The notes below the pieces were generated by a model. The model did no database searches. It was given only the letters and a program-made list of their open reading frames with translations, and was not told the origin of the DNA. Both the position numbers and the translations under genes were made by a program. From a virus (Duplodnaviria > Caudoviricetes): a DNA stretch of 63,301 nt. Positions within the stretch are counted from its first letter, which is position 1; each line of letters begins with the position of its first letter. Shown here in pieces: positions 1 through 9,427 of the stretch. The stretch is from positions 1 to 63,301 of IMG/VR virus record IMGVR_UViG_3300030372_003811; one strand, given 5' to 3'.

Positions 1-237
1 GGAAACTATGCAGGTATAGGTTATACTTGGGACGAAGATAATAATATCTTTTGGCCTAAAAAACCTTTTCCATCTTGGGTAAAAAATATGACAAATGCGG
101 GTTGGGACTCACCTATCGGTGATGCTCCAGCATTAACTGCAGAACAACAAGCTCAAAATGATGCGAATACTCATATGTGGGGGTATGCTTGGAATGAAGC
201 TGGCCAATCCTGGGACTTGACAGACACAAAAGCATAA
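1..237 (+). CDS. 3' part of a tail-associated hypothetical protein; allele or paralog of 62716..63165
   Basis: Frame 1 reads GNYAGIGYTWDEDNNIFWPKKPFPSW...WDLTDTKA*, colinear with the C-terminus of ORF 62716. Confidence 0.85.
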   Translation, partial: GNYAGIGYTWDEDNNIFWPKKPFPSWVKNMTNAGWDSPIGDAPALTAEQQAQNDANTHMWGYAWNEAGQSWDLTDTKA

Positions 238-373
238 ATTAAAAAGGTATGTGGTATGCACAAGAAAGTATTATCTGAAATAGATTTACATTATGGCACT
301 ATAGATATGCCTAAAGGTTTTGCAATAGACCGAGACAAACTTCAAAAAGATATTTTATCATCACAAATTAAAG
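1..373 (+). repeat. Imperfect terminal direct repeat with 62929..63301
   Basis: Gap-free 373-nt alignment; 190-373 has 5 mismatches while 1-189 is clearly diverged. Confidence 0.9.
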
Positions 374-759
374 ATTTAAAATTTCCATTCTCAAGAACTT
401 GGGATATGTTGAATACATATCTCCGAGAGCATATAAATTTGGAGTATCATTTTACTTTAATTAATAAAGAAACGTGGGGAAATATGTATAAACCTAAAGA
501 AGTTTCTATTCCTTTATTAAATATTGATCCAGTAGATTTAAGACATTCACCCGACTACACTATGCTTTATGGAGTCAGTGTTAAAGATTGTAGTGTAAGA
601 ATACATTATGATTCTAATAGAAGAGCCGGCAGAAGTTGGGATATACCATTAACTGATAATAATTTTATTATGTTTCCCTCTACACAAATGTATTACGTTA
701 CCAACAATCAAAAAGATAATTTAAATTTTGTTTTAACTACTACTTATGAATACATTTAA
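256..759 (+). CDS. 2OG-Fe(II) oxygenase-like (DSBH) protein, possibly catalytically degenerate
   Basis: YTMLYGV and FIMFPS strands typical of phage TIGR02466-like proteins; no clear HxD/H...H triad. Confidence 0.6.
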   Translation: MHKKVLSEIDLHYGTIDMPKGFAIDRDKLQKDILSSQIKDLKFPFSRTWDMLNTYLREHINLEYHFTLINKETWGNMYKPKEVSIPLLNIDPVDLRHSPDYTMLYGVSVKDCSVRIHYDSNRRAGRSWDIPLTDNNFIMFPSTQMYYVTNNQKDNLNFVLTTTYEYI

Positions 760-1348
760 ATTAGAAACACCTTGTGTAATAGATAAATTAAAAGTTCATT
801 TAAAAATAAAAAATAAATTAATTAATTTAATAAATAATGCCAACGCTGATTATTTAAATCAACAACAAGGTTATTATAGTGATTTAATTCATAGATTAGA
901 TTGGAATAGCTCTCGTGATTTTAATAGAGAGTGGGTAAAATTTTTAAAACCTTACCTATCAAAACAATTAAAAAAATTTGCTAATTTATTAGGATATCAA
1001 GATATAAGGTTTACCAGCCTATGGTTTCAACAATATAATCAACATGGTAAACACGGCTGGCACATACATAGTGAAAACTATACAGGAGTTTATTATGTAA
1101 AGTTTTCTGCTAATGCTGCAAAAACAGAATTAATAAATCCTTTTTCTCAAAACGAAAAAATTGTAATAGATGCAAAAGAAGGAGATGTTGTTATTTTTCC
1201 TAGTTATGTAATACATAGAGCGCCGACACAGAAACAATCTTTTAAAAAAATAATTGTTTCTTTTAATCTTAATCTTCAGCTTATTAATGAAAATTTATTT
1301 CCAAAAATTAATAATTTAAAAGGTATTAGCACAAATGAACTTAACTAA
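746..1348 (+). CDS. 2OG-Fe(II) oxygenase (TIGR02466-like)
   Basis: WFQQY..HGWHIH, TGVYYV, EGDVVIFPSYVIH, IVSFN motifs. Confidence 0.85.
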   Translation: MNTFKLETPCVIDKLKVHLKIKNKLINLINNANADYLNQQQGYYSDLIHRLDWNSSRDFNREWVKFLKPYLSKQLKKFANLLGYQDIRFTSLWFQQYNQHGKHGWHIHSENYTGVYYVKFSANAAKTELINPFSQNEKIVIDAKEGDVVIFPSYVIHRAPTQKQSFKKIIVSFNLNLQLINENLFPKINNLKGISTNELN

Positions 1349-1973
1349 TTATTTTTGGTATTTTAAATCTGCCTTAACACCACGCTTTTGTGATGAAGTT
1401 ATTAAATATGCTTTATCAAAAGAGGAAGTAATGGCAATGACAGGTGGTTATGGAGATAGAAAATTAAAAAAAGAAGAAGTAAAAAATATGCAAAGAAAAA
1501 GAAAATCTGATTTAGTTTGGTTAAGTGATACTTGGATATACAAAGAATTACATCCTTATGTGCATGAGGCAAATAAAAATGCTGGATGGAACTTTGAATG
1601 GGATTACTCGGAACCATGCCAGTTTACCAAATATAAATTACACCAATATTATGATTGGCATAATGATCCTTGGCATAAACCTTATGATAGAAAAGATAAG
1701 AATGCCCCTGATCATGGAAAAATGAGAAAATTATCTATGACTTGTCAATTAACAGATGGCTCCGAATATACAGGCGGAGAACTAGAATTTGATTTTAGAA
1801 ATTATGATCCTAATATGAGAGATGAAAGTAAACATATAAGAAGCGTACCTGAAATATTACCTAAAGGCTCTATCGTAATATTTCCTTCACACCTATGGCA
1901 TAGAGTCAAACCAGTAACCAGAGGAACTAGATATTCACTTGTCGTATGGCATTTAGGATATCCATTTAAATAA
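1335..1973 (+). CDS. 2OG-Fe(II) oxygenase, prolyl-4-hydroxylase/PKHD-like
   Basis: QFTKY..YDWHND, RKLSMT, YTGGEL, IFPSHLWHRVKPVTRGTRYSLVVW. Confidence 0.92.
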   Translation: MNLTNYFWYFKSALTPRFCDEVIKYALSKEEVMAMTGGYGDRKLKKEEVKNMQRKRKSDLVWLSDTWIYKELHPYVHEANKNAGWNFEWDYSEPCQFTKYKLHQYYDWHNDPWHKPYDRKDKNAPDHGKMRKLSMTCQLTDGSEYTGGELEFDFRNYDPNMRDESKHIRSVPEILPKGSIVIFPSHLWHRVKPVTRGTRYSLVVWHLGYPFK

Positions 1974-1974
1974 T

Positions 1975-2610
1975 ATGTATATAAATAATTATTTTGTAAC
2001 TCCCATATGGAGTGAAAAAAAACCAGACTTTGTTAAATCTTTAAACAAAGCTTCAGATCCATATATTAAAGAAGCAAGAAAAACTAAAGAAGCTAAAGCT
2101 CATCTTAAAGCTCACGGCGATTTTGGTCGTTCGTGGCATTCAACTCAATTAGTGACTGATAGTAATTTTATGGATTTCAGAAATTATGTTGGTCAAAAAT
2201 GTTGGGAGTTTTTAGATCACTCAGGATTTGATATGAGTAAGTATACTACTTTTTTTGAACAAATGTGGGTACAAGAGTTTGCAAAAAAAGGTGGAGGACA
2301 TCATAATGCTCACGTGCATTGGAACACTCACGTCAATGGTTTTTATTTTTTAAAAGGTAATGAAAAAACTTCTTATCCAATTTTTCATGAACCACGAACA
2401 GGTGCAAGAACAACTAAATTACATATGAAACAACAAAATGCTATATGGCCTGGAACAGAATTAATTAATTTTAAAGCCGAACCTGGGTTGTTAATATTTT
2501 TTCCTGGATATTTAGAACACGAATTTTCTGTGGATTATGGTAAAGCTCCATTTAGATTTATTCATTTTAATATATCAGCGGTATTAAAAGAACATGCTAA
2601 AGATGTTTAA
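1975..2610 (+). CDS. 2OG-Fe(II) oxygenase (TIGR02466-like)
   Basis: HNAHVH, NGFYFL, IFHEPR, GLLIFFPGYLEH, FIHFN. Confidence 0.88.
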   Translation: MYINNYFVTPIWSEKKPDFVKSLNKASDPYIKEARKTKEAKAHLKAHGDFGRSWHSTQLVTDSNFMDFRNYVGQKCWEFLDHSGFDMSKYTTFFEQMWVQEFAKKGGGHHNAHVHWNTHVNGFYFLKGNEKTSYPIFHEPRTGARTTKLHMKQQNAIWPGTELINFKAEPGLLIFFPGYLEHEFSVDYGKAPFRFIHFNISAVLKEHAKDV

Positions 2611-3259
2611 AAAGAAAAAATATACAGTTATTCGTCAAGCAATCTCAAAAGACCTAGCTTCTTTTATTGCAAACTATTTTTCTATGAAAAAACAAGTACT
2701 GGATACCTGTCGAACATCAAGATTTATTTCACCTTTTGAAACTTTGTTAGGTGAATATGAAGGAGAAAATGCACAGATTCCTAATACTTATTCACACTAC
2801 AGTGACATTGCTATGGAAACTTTAATGTTAAAATGCCAACCTAAAATGGAAGAAGTAACAGGATTAAAATTATATCCTGCTTATACTTATGCAAGAATTT
2901 ATAAAAAAGGAGACGAATTAAAAAGACACAAAGATAGATTTAGTTGTGAGATATCTACTACTATGAATCTAGGTGGTGATGATTGGCCTATCTATTTAAG
3001 CCCTAATGAAAATGTAGGTATACCCGATGGTAAAAACATCACTACTACTAGCCAAGCAAAAGGGATTAAAGTAGATTTAAAACCAGGAGATATGCTGGTT
3101 TATTCTGGCTGTGAGTTAGAACATTGGAGAGAAAAATTCAAAGGCAAGGAATGTGTACAGGTTTTTCTGCATTATAACAATCGTAAAACGCCAGGAGCGA
3201 AAGATAATATGTTCGATAAGCGCCCTCATTTAGGTCTTCCATCTTGGTTTAAACGATGA
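2594..3259 (+). CDS. 2OG-Fe(II) oxygenase
   Basis: YARIYKKGDELKRHKDR..CEISTT, PGDMLVYSGCELEHWR, QVFLHY. Confidence 0.88.
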   Translation: MLKMFKKKKYTVIRQAISKDLASFIANYFSMKKQVLDTCRTSRFISPFETLLGEYEGENAQIPNTYSHYSDIAMETLMLKCQPKMEEVTGLKLYPAYTYARIYKKGDELKRHKDRFSCEISTTMNLGGDDWPIYLSPNENVGIPDGKNITTTSQAKGIKVDLKPGDMLVYSGCELEHWREKFKGKECVQVFLHYNNRKTPGAKDNMFDKRPHLGLPSWFKR

Positions 3260-3265
3260 TATAAT
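3257..3265 (+). promoter_or_regulatory. Extended -10 promoter (TGnTATAAT) for the tail transcript
   Basis: TGATATAAT lies 8 nt upstream of a leader hairpin. Confidence 0.6.
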
Positions 3266-3273
3266 TCTTTGAT

Positions 3274-3307
3274 GGAGGCAGGGCACCACCACATACCCCC
3301 TGTCTCC
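3274..3307 (+). ncRNA. Leader hairpin with a 14-nt C-rich loop
   Basis: GGAGGCAGGG/CCCTGTCTCC 10-bp stem with a G-U pair on the + strand; loop CACCACCACATACC. Confidence 0.65.
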
Positions 3308-3322
3308 TTCTAAGGATTATAT

Positions 3323-3781
3323 ATGTTATTTGGAGCAGACGCATTTTCGGAATTACCTATCTCTACTACTCAGGGAACTAGAGCAGAAATAGTTATGACA
3401 GCCACGCCAATGACTTTGGCGATTGGTAATGTAAGTATTGTTGCAAATAATGTTATTGAAGATGCTGGAAAAAACGAACTTACTTTATCTAGTACTTTAG
3501 CGAGCGTTATAACCAATGTAACGATATCAGCAACAGCTACTCCACTTGTAATGACTTCAACATTAGCAACCGCTAGTGGTTCAGCAGTCATTAACATTGG
3601 TAATAATCCTTTGACTTTAAGCACAACTGATGCTACAGCTACTGGAGGAGCAATTGCAAATGTAGGGGCAAATGCATTAAGTTTAACTACGACGGAAGCC
3701 GGAGTTATTGTGTGGAATCCAATTATTCCTGGCCCTAATAATGTGTGGAAAGAGATAAAACCTTACGGAGGAACACCATAA
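3323..3781 (+). CDS. Virion structural (tail) protein
   Basis: Thr/Ala-rich beta-type repeats; MLFG..AFSELP N-terminus; tail-gene context. Confidence 0.6.
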   Translation: MLFGADAFSELPISTTQGTRAEIVMTATPMTLAIGNVSIVANNVIEDAGKNELTLSSTLASVITNVTISATATPLVMTSTLATASGSAVINIGNNPLTLSTTDATATGGAIANVGANALSLTTTEAGVIVWNPIIPGPNNVWKEIKPYGGTP

Positions 3782-3782
3782 T

Positions 3783-4559
3783 ATGGCATCAACTTATTCA
3801 GGAGATTTACAATTAGAACTTATAACAACTGGTGAAAAAGCTGGTTTATGGGGAACAATTACAAACGACAATTTAAAGATTTTAGAATTATCATCAACAG
3901 GATATTATACCGTTAGTATAGCCGCAGGAGATTTAACATTAAATTTAGATAATGGTTCTTCTTTAGGCGATAGTACAGCTACTGGTAAAAATTTAATGAT
4001 AGAAGTTACTGGAACGTTGGCCGCGAATAGAAGTATTACAATGCCAACTGGAGCTGAAAGAGTTTTTATAGTTAAAGATAGTACTACACGATCATCAAGT
4101 AATTATACTATTGGAGTTAAAAATGTAGGAGGAACTACAGGAACTGTTTATATGCCGGTGGGTTCTACATGTATGTTTTATACTAATGGAACAACTGCTG
4201 ATTCGATGACACTTGCAGGGATTTTAAACAAAGGATCTGTCACAGTTCAGACAGGAACTAACACTCCTTACACAGCAGTCAATGGTGATATAATTTTTGG
4301 AGAAACAGCGAATGCAGGTGGAGGAACTATTGCAGTTAATTTACCCGTAGGTGTAGCTGGTGAAAGTGTAACTATTATGGATGCATCAACTTCTGGAGGT
4401 TTTGCTTCTTTTAATTGTACTATTACTCCTAATGGAACAGAAAAAATTCAAGGTGGGGGTGGAGGATCCGCAATTACATTAGATCAAAATAATCAATCAG
4501 TTACATTGATGTATACAAATGCTGATAAAGGTTGGCAAAAAGTATCACACAATCAATAG
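3783..4559 (+). CDS. Tail fibre/baseplate-type protein
   Basis: MASTYS..LELITTGE..G.WG.ITN N-terminus; C-terminal domain shared with the fibres at 58304-62667. Confidence 0.7.
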   Translation: MASTYSGDLQLELITTGEKAGLWGTITNDNLKILELSSTGYYTVSIAAGDLTLNLDNGSSLGDSTATGKNLMIEVTGTLAANRSITMPTGAERVFIVKDSTTRSSSNYTIGVKNVGGTTGTVYMPVGSTCMFYTNGTTADSMTLAGILNKGSVTVQTGTNTPYTAVNGDIIFGETANAGGGTIAVNLPVGVAGESVTIMDASTSGGFASFNCTITPNGTEKIQGGGGGSAITLDQNNQSVTLMYTNADKGWQKVSHNQ

Positions 4560-4568
4560 GAGGTTTAA

Positions 4569-6860
4569 TTGCTTACAGAAATTAAGTTTGCTCCTGGAAT
4601 AGATAAACAAGACACAAGTGTGGGTGCCGTAGGACGTTGGGTTGATTCAGACCTAGCGAGATTTAGATATGGTCTTCCTGAAAAAATAGGTGGTTGGTCT
4701 TCTTTAATTACAAACACTATTGTAGGAGTAGCAAGAGGTCAATATGCTTTTGTTGATAAAGAAGGAAATAGATATGTAGCAATTGGAACTGATAAATTTT
4801 TACTTATTTATTTTGAAGGACAACTTTATGACATTACTCCTTGGGTAGATAATAATGCTGGAGCTCCAGTTACTTTTACAGGTGCTACTTTAGCTACAGA
4901 CAGTACTACTGTTAAAACTTGTACGATCACAACATCAGGTGCGCATAGTTTAAAAGCTGGGGATATTATAATGTTAGATTCCGTTACTCTTCCAGGAGGA
5001 ACAGGATTAGTAGCTAGTGATTTTGAAGATAAACTTTTTCAAGTTTTGACTATTCCTTCGAGTACAACATTTACAATTGATTCTTTAAATCAAGCTAGTT
5101 CAGTCGTGGGAAGTGGAGGAACTATGACGGTACAACCTTATGTTCATATTGGTCCTTCAGAACAATCTTATGGATATGGTTTTGGTGTAGGTAACTATGG
5201 AGGAACAGTTGCAGGAGCTCAACAATCTACGTTAGATGGTGCGTTGGCCGCGGATGCAAATGGTAACAATGGATCACCAAGTCAAATTCGTTTAGCTTCT
5301 ACAACAGGTTTTCCAACAGGTGGTGGAACGGTTGCAATTGAAGATGAATTAATAACTTACACAGGTGTGGTAGGAAATGAATTAGATGGAATTACCAGAG
5401 CAACAAATGGTACTCTAACTGCCATTCACAGTGATGGAACAACAGTTACTGATGCAACTGACTATGCCGGATGGGGATCAGCAGTCGAAGCTTCTAGTGT
5501 TCAATTAGAACCAGGACTATGGTCTTTAAGTAATTGGGGAGATGTTTTAGTTGCCACAATTGCTAATGGCAAAACTTATACATGGGACGCATCTGCTTCA
5601 GCAAGATTAAGTGTAAGAGCGTCACGACAAACTTTATCCGCAGGATCAAGTACTTTACAAAATTCAAGTTATTGGACAGGAACAGGAACCTATACCGCAG
5701 GAAATACTTTAGGAGCGCAAGCTAATGAAGCTGCGGGAAATCCTACAGCTTCAAGATTAACTTTAGTATCCCCTACTACTAGACACTTACTTCATTTAGG
5801 AACAGAAACAACTATTGGTGATACAACTACGCAAGATGATATGTTTATTAGATTTTCTAATGCCGAACAAATAAACCAATACACTCCTTTAGCTACTAAC
5901 TCTGCCGGTACTCAAAGACTTCAAGATGGGACAAAGATTATGGGAGCGTTAATTGCAAAAGAAAATATTTTGATATGGACAGATAATGCTTTGTACACAA
6001 TGAAATTTGTTGGAGCACCTTTTACATTTGGATTTGAACAAGTGGGAACCAACTGTGGATTGATTGGAAAAAATGCAGCCATTGAAATTGATGGTGTTGC
6101 GTACTGGATGTCTAATAATGGTTTTTTTGCATTTGATGGTACTGTTAATTCATTACCATGCAGTGTTGAAGATTATGTTTTTGATGATGTTGATACAACA
6201 AAAGGTCAACAAGTATGTGCGGGATTAAATAATTTATTTACAGAAGTGATTTGGTGGTATCCAAATTCAGGAGGAAGTTATAATAATAGATCAGTGGCTT
6301 ATAATTATGGAGAAGCAAAACAACCACCGCTTGGAACTTGGTATACAAATACTAATACTAATTTTAATAGAACAACTTGGATGGATACTTTAATTTATCC
6401 TCAGCCTTATGCGACAGCTTACGACAGCACTGGAACAGGAACTTTTCCTAGTATAATTGGTGAATCGGGATTAGGAAAAACTACATATTACGCTCATGAA
6501 ACGGGTACAGATCAAATCAATCCTGATGGATCTACAACAACTTTAGAGTCTTTTATTCAATCATTTAGTTTTTCTTTACAAGCTGAACAGAGTGAAGTAT
6601 TTTTAGCTATGAGAAGATTCTTACCTAACTTTAAAGTACTTACTGGAAATAATGAAGTAACAGTTGCGGTTACAGATTATCCGGCAACTAATGAAGTAGC
6701 TTCTACCTACAGTCCTTTTACAATAACTCCTACTACTCAAAAAGTAGACACACGAGCAAGAGGAAGATATGCAAATTTAAAATTATCTAATACTGCCGCT
6801 GGAGAAAGTTGGAGATTTGGAACTTTTCAAGTAGATATACAACCAGATGGAAGGAGATAA
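4569..6860 (+). CDS. Tail nozzle / DNA stabilization protein (P22 gp10 / tubular protein B-like)
   Basis: 763 aa; RFRYGLPEKIGGW, FIRFS, ends DIQPDGRR; podovirus context. Confidence 0.75.
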   Translation: MLTEIKFAPGIDKQDTSVGAVGRWVDSDLARFRYGLPEKIGGWSSLITNTIVGVARGQYAFVDKEGNRYVAIGTDKFLLIYFEGQLYDITPWVDNNAGAPVTFTGATLATDSTTVKTCTITTSGAHSLKAGDIIMLDSVTLPGGTGLVASDFEDKLFQVLTIPSSTTFTIDSLNQASSVVGSGGTMTVQPYVHIGPSEQSYGYGFGVGNYGGTVAGAQQSTLDGALAADANGNNGSPSQIRLASTTGFPTGGGTVAIEDELITYTGVVGNELDGITRATNGTLTAIHSDGTTVTDATDYAGWGSAVEASSVQLEPGLWSLSNWGDVLVATIANGKTYTWDASASARLSVRASRQTLSAGSSTLQNSSYWTGTGTYTAGNTLGAQANEAAGNPTASRLTLVSPTTRHLLHLGTETTIGDTTTQDDMFIRFSNAEQINQYTPLATNSAGTQRLQDGTKIMGALIAKENILIWTDNALYTMKFVGAPFTFGFEQVGTNCGLIGKNAAIEIDGVAYWMSNNGFFAFDGTVNSLPCSVEDYVFDDVDTTKGQQVCAGLNNLFTEVIWWYPNSGGSYNNRSVAYNYGEAKQPPLGTWYTNTNTNFNRTTWMDTLIYPQPYATAYDSTGTGTFPSIIGESGLGKTTYYAHETGTDQINPDGSTTTLESFIQSFSFSLQAEQSEVFLAMRRFLPNFKVLTGNNEVTVAVTDYPATNEVASTYSPFTITPTTQKVDTRARGRYANLKLSNTAAGESWRFGTFQVDIQPDGRR

Positions 6861-6862
6861 AT

Positions 6863-7015
6863 ATGAAAAAAACACATAAAACAAAAGATGGACGTACAGC
6901 AAAAAAAGGTTTGTGGTATAACATTCATCAAAAAAGAAAACGTGGTGAGAAAATGAGAAAGAAAGGCGCTAAAGGTGCTCCCACTGATCGAGCTATTAGA
7001 CGTAGCCAGAGCTAA
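6863..7015 (+). CDS. Small basic hypothetical protein
   Basis: ATG at 6863 after GGAG; KGLWYNIHQKRKR..KGAPT. Confidence 0.7.
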   Translation: MKKTHKTKDGRTAKKGLWYNIHQKRKRGEKMRKKGAKGAPTDRAIRRSQS

Positions 7016-7344
7016 TGAGAGGGATTGCTTTACGAGGATATGGCAGAGCCTATATGGCTTCTGGAGGAAGAACACCTGCATGGCAAAGAAAAGAAGGAAA
7101 AAATCCAGCAGGAGGTTTAAATCAAAAAGGAGTCGCATCTTATAGAGCAGCTAATCCAGGATCAAAACTTAAAACAGCGGTAACAACTAAACCGTCTAAA
7201 TTAAAAAAAGGATCTAAAGCCGCAAACAGACGTAAGTCTTTTTGTGCTAGAATGACAGGAATGAAAAAAAGAAGAACTTCTGCAAAGACAGCAAGAGATC
7301 CAAATAGTAGAATAAATAAATCTTTAAGAAAGTGGAATTGTTAA
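7015..7344 (+). CDS. Conserved basic phage protein (DUF6321-like)
   Basis: AWQRKEGKNPAGGLN, RRKSFCARM, ends LRKWNC. Confidence 0.75.
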   Translation: MRGIALRGYGRAYMASGGRTPAWQRKEGKNPAGGLNQKGVASYRAANPGSKLKTAVTTKPSKLKKGSKAANRRKSFCARMTGMKKRRTSAKTARDPNSRINKSLRKWNC

Positions 7345-7509
7345 ATGACAAAGATAGTAGTAAGATTACCAGAACCTAAAAAAGAATATACTGAAGATAA
7401 TCAAAGACAGATTAATAGATCTATTAGTTTAATAGTTGAACAATTAAACTCAACATTTTTAACTCAATTAAAAGAAGATCAAGAAAGGTTTACGTGGTTT
7501 AATGGCTAA
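7345..7509 (+). CDS. Hypothetical protein, 54 aa (not in ORF track)
   Basis: MTKIVVRLPEPKKEY...ERFTWFNG*; fills the gap and overlaps the next start. Confidence 0.75.
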   Translation: MTKIVVRLPEPKKEYTEDNQRQINRSISLIVEQLNSTFLTQLKEDQERFTWFNG

Positions 7510-7837
7510 CGTTTATAGAAAAGTAAATACAGATTTAATAGCAACTGCGGTCAATACAGCTTATACTGTTCCTGATAACTCCAGAGCTTTAGTTAAATCA
7601 ATTCATGTATATAATAATGGAGCTGGCGCTGCTGATATAACTGTTACTATTGGAGATTATGCAAGTGGAACAGATTTTATTTATGATAAAAGTGCATCTT
7701 TAGCTGCCAACGCCAAAGAAGAATTTGTAACTAATATTTTAGTGCTGGAAGAACAAGACACACTTAAATTATTATCAGATATAACAGGACCTGATGTAGC
7801 AATCAGTTTATTAGAAATTAACCGAGAGGATAAATAA
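7502..7837 (+). CDS. Small virion structural protein
   Basis: Beta-rich; YTVP..ALVKSIHV.N; similar style to 57793. Confidence 0.6.
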   Translation: MANVYRKVNTDLIATAVNTAYTVPDNSRALVKSIHVYNNGAGAADITVTIGDYASGTDFIYDKSASLAANAKEEFVTNILVLEEQDTLKLLSDITGPDVAISLLEINREDK

Positions 7838-8082
7838 TGCCGTTTGTAGAACAAGAAGCTGGACAGACTACTGAAACAACAATTGATGGTAGAAAAGTAC
7901 CAGTTATAAAACCTAAGGTAATAGTGACCTTAACACATAAAGAAACAGGGCGTGAATATCTGTCTAATGAAGAAGCGGACGCAGATATAAAGGACCCTAA
8001 TACAAGCACTACAAAAGACCACATAAGACGCGATGTACAAATAGAAGTGGCTCATATACCAATGGGTGCTGATAGTAAATAG
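7837..8082 (+). CDS. Hypothetical protein
   Basis: ORF coupled by TAATG overlap. Confidence 0.7.
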   Translation: MPFVEQEAGQTTETTIDGRKVPVIKPKVIVTLTHKETGREYLSNEEADADIKDPNTSTTKDHIRRDVQIEVAHIPMGADSK

Positions 8083-8084
8083 CG

Positions 8085-8113
8085 TTGACTGGACGTAAAA
8101 AGTCTAGTAAATT
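8085..8113 (+). promoter_or_regulatory. Sigma70-type promoter for the internal protein genes
   Basis: TTGACT-17-TAAATT. Confidence 0.6.
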
Positions 8114-8179
8114 GTACTACTCTCGCATAATTCAAGAGTTGCGAACTTGCCTATCAATTGTATATACTAAAGAGAAACT

Positions 8180-9427
8180 ATGGGATTAAAAAAATTTATC
8201 AAAAAAATAACTCGACCGATTTCAAAGGTATTGGATAAAATAGTACCTAATGAAATTAAACCCATTTTACCATATGCTGCCGCATTTGCGCCTTATTTAT
8301 TACCGGCTGGAGGAACAGGTATTTTAGGTTCTATGGCAGGAAGAGCGATGGTAACCGGAGGTTTAAATATTGGATCTCAACTAGCACAAGAAGGAAGTGA
8401 AGGAGATTTTTCAGGATTATCTGCAATACTAGCTGCTTTACAAGGAGCTGCAACTGCACAAGGTGCTGGAAGTACATTAAGAGGAATGAAGAATCCTGGT
8501 GAAGCCGTTGGAATTGCGGGAGGAAATATGCCAGGTCAAGGCATAGGTGGTTTTAAATATGATGCTTCAGGATTAGGTGCATTAGATAAAGCTAAAAATT
8601 TTGGTTTAGAAATAGCTGCTAAAGGAGCAGACACTTTAGGAGGATTTGCAAATACTTTACAAAATAATCCTTTCAGTATGGCAAGTTTAAAAGCCGCGTC
8701 TGTACCAGCCTCACTTGCAACAGGAGACTTAGCAATGGCACAAGCAAGAGCCGCTATGAAAGATTGGGAAGAAGGTGAAGCATTAAGAATGGCAGCGGAA
8801 GGGGCAGACAATGAAGCTTATGATGCTGCAAGAAGATCAGCAGTAATTGCTTCTTTACAAGCTTATGGTTATGTAGAAGATCAAATTAATGACACATTAA
8901 GTCAATTAGGAATGCAACTTTTAGCTAAAGGTGGTAGAGTAGGATTTGCACATGGTGGATCCGGATTTGATGGTATTATAAATGCAATAGTAAAGACTGA
9001 TGAAAACGATATGAAAATGGCAAATTTAATTCCAGAAGAATTAAAAATAGGATTAGCCGAAGAATTTGAAATTATATTTAAAAGACCCCCAGCAAATGAT
9101 GAAGAATTATTTAGATATTATTATGATAAAGAAGAATGGAAAGGTCCCGGGGATAATGTTCAAATGATTGAAGGTGAAAGTGAAGAAGTTATGGCAGCTG
9201 ATGGTGGTATGATGAGTGTATTACCTCCAGGTATGGAAATGGATTACAGAGGTGGAGGAATGATTCCAATGGGAACAAGAGAAAGAGCTGATGATGTACC
9301 AGCAAGAGTAAGTAAGAACGAATTTGTAATGACTGCTGATGCAGTTAGAGCAGCAGGTGGCGGAAGTGTAAATAAAGGAGCAGAAAGAATGTATAATTTA
9401 ATGCACAATTTGGAGGCTAGAGCATAA
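8180..9427 (+). CDS. Putative internal virion (ejection) protein
   Basis: Gly/Ala-rich; C-terminal G..RADDVPARVSKNEFVMTADAVRAAGGG domain. Confidence 0.6.
   Translation: MGLKKFIKKITRPISKVLDKIVPNEIKPILPYAAAFAPYLLPAGGTGILGSMAGRAMVTGGLNIGSQLAQEGSEGDFSGLSAILAALQGAATAQGAGSTLRGMKNPGEAVGIAGGNMPGQGIGGFKYDASGLGALDKAKNFGLEIAAKGADTLGGFANTLQNNPFSMASLKAASVPASLATGDLAMAQARAAMKDWEEGEALRMAAEGADNEAYDAARRSAVIASLQAYGYVEDQINDTLSQLGMQLLAKGGRVGFAHGGSGFDGIINAIVKTDENDMKMANLIPEELKIGLAEEFEIIFKRPPANDEELFRYYYDKEEWKGPGDNVQMIEGESEEVMAADGGMMSVLPPGMEMDYRGGGMIPMGTRERADDVPARVSKNEFVMTADAVRAAGGGSVNKGAERMYNLMHNLEARA

Noticed and set aside
1-189. DGR template/variable repeat pair with 62929-63117
   Set aside because: Differences are not adenine-specific, many are synonymous, and there is no reverse transcriptase.
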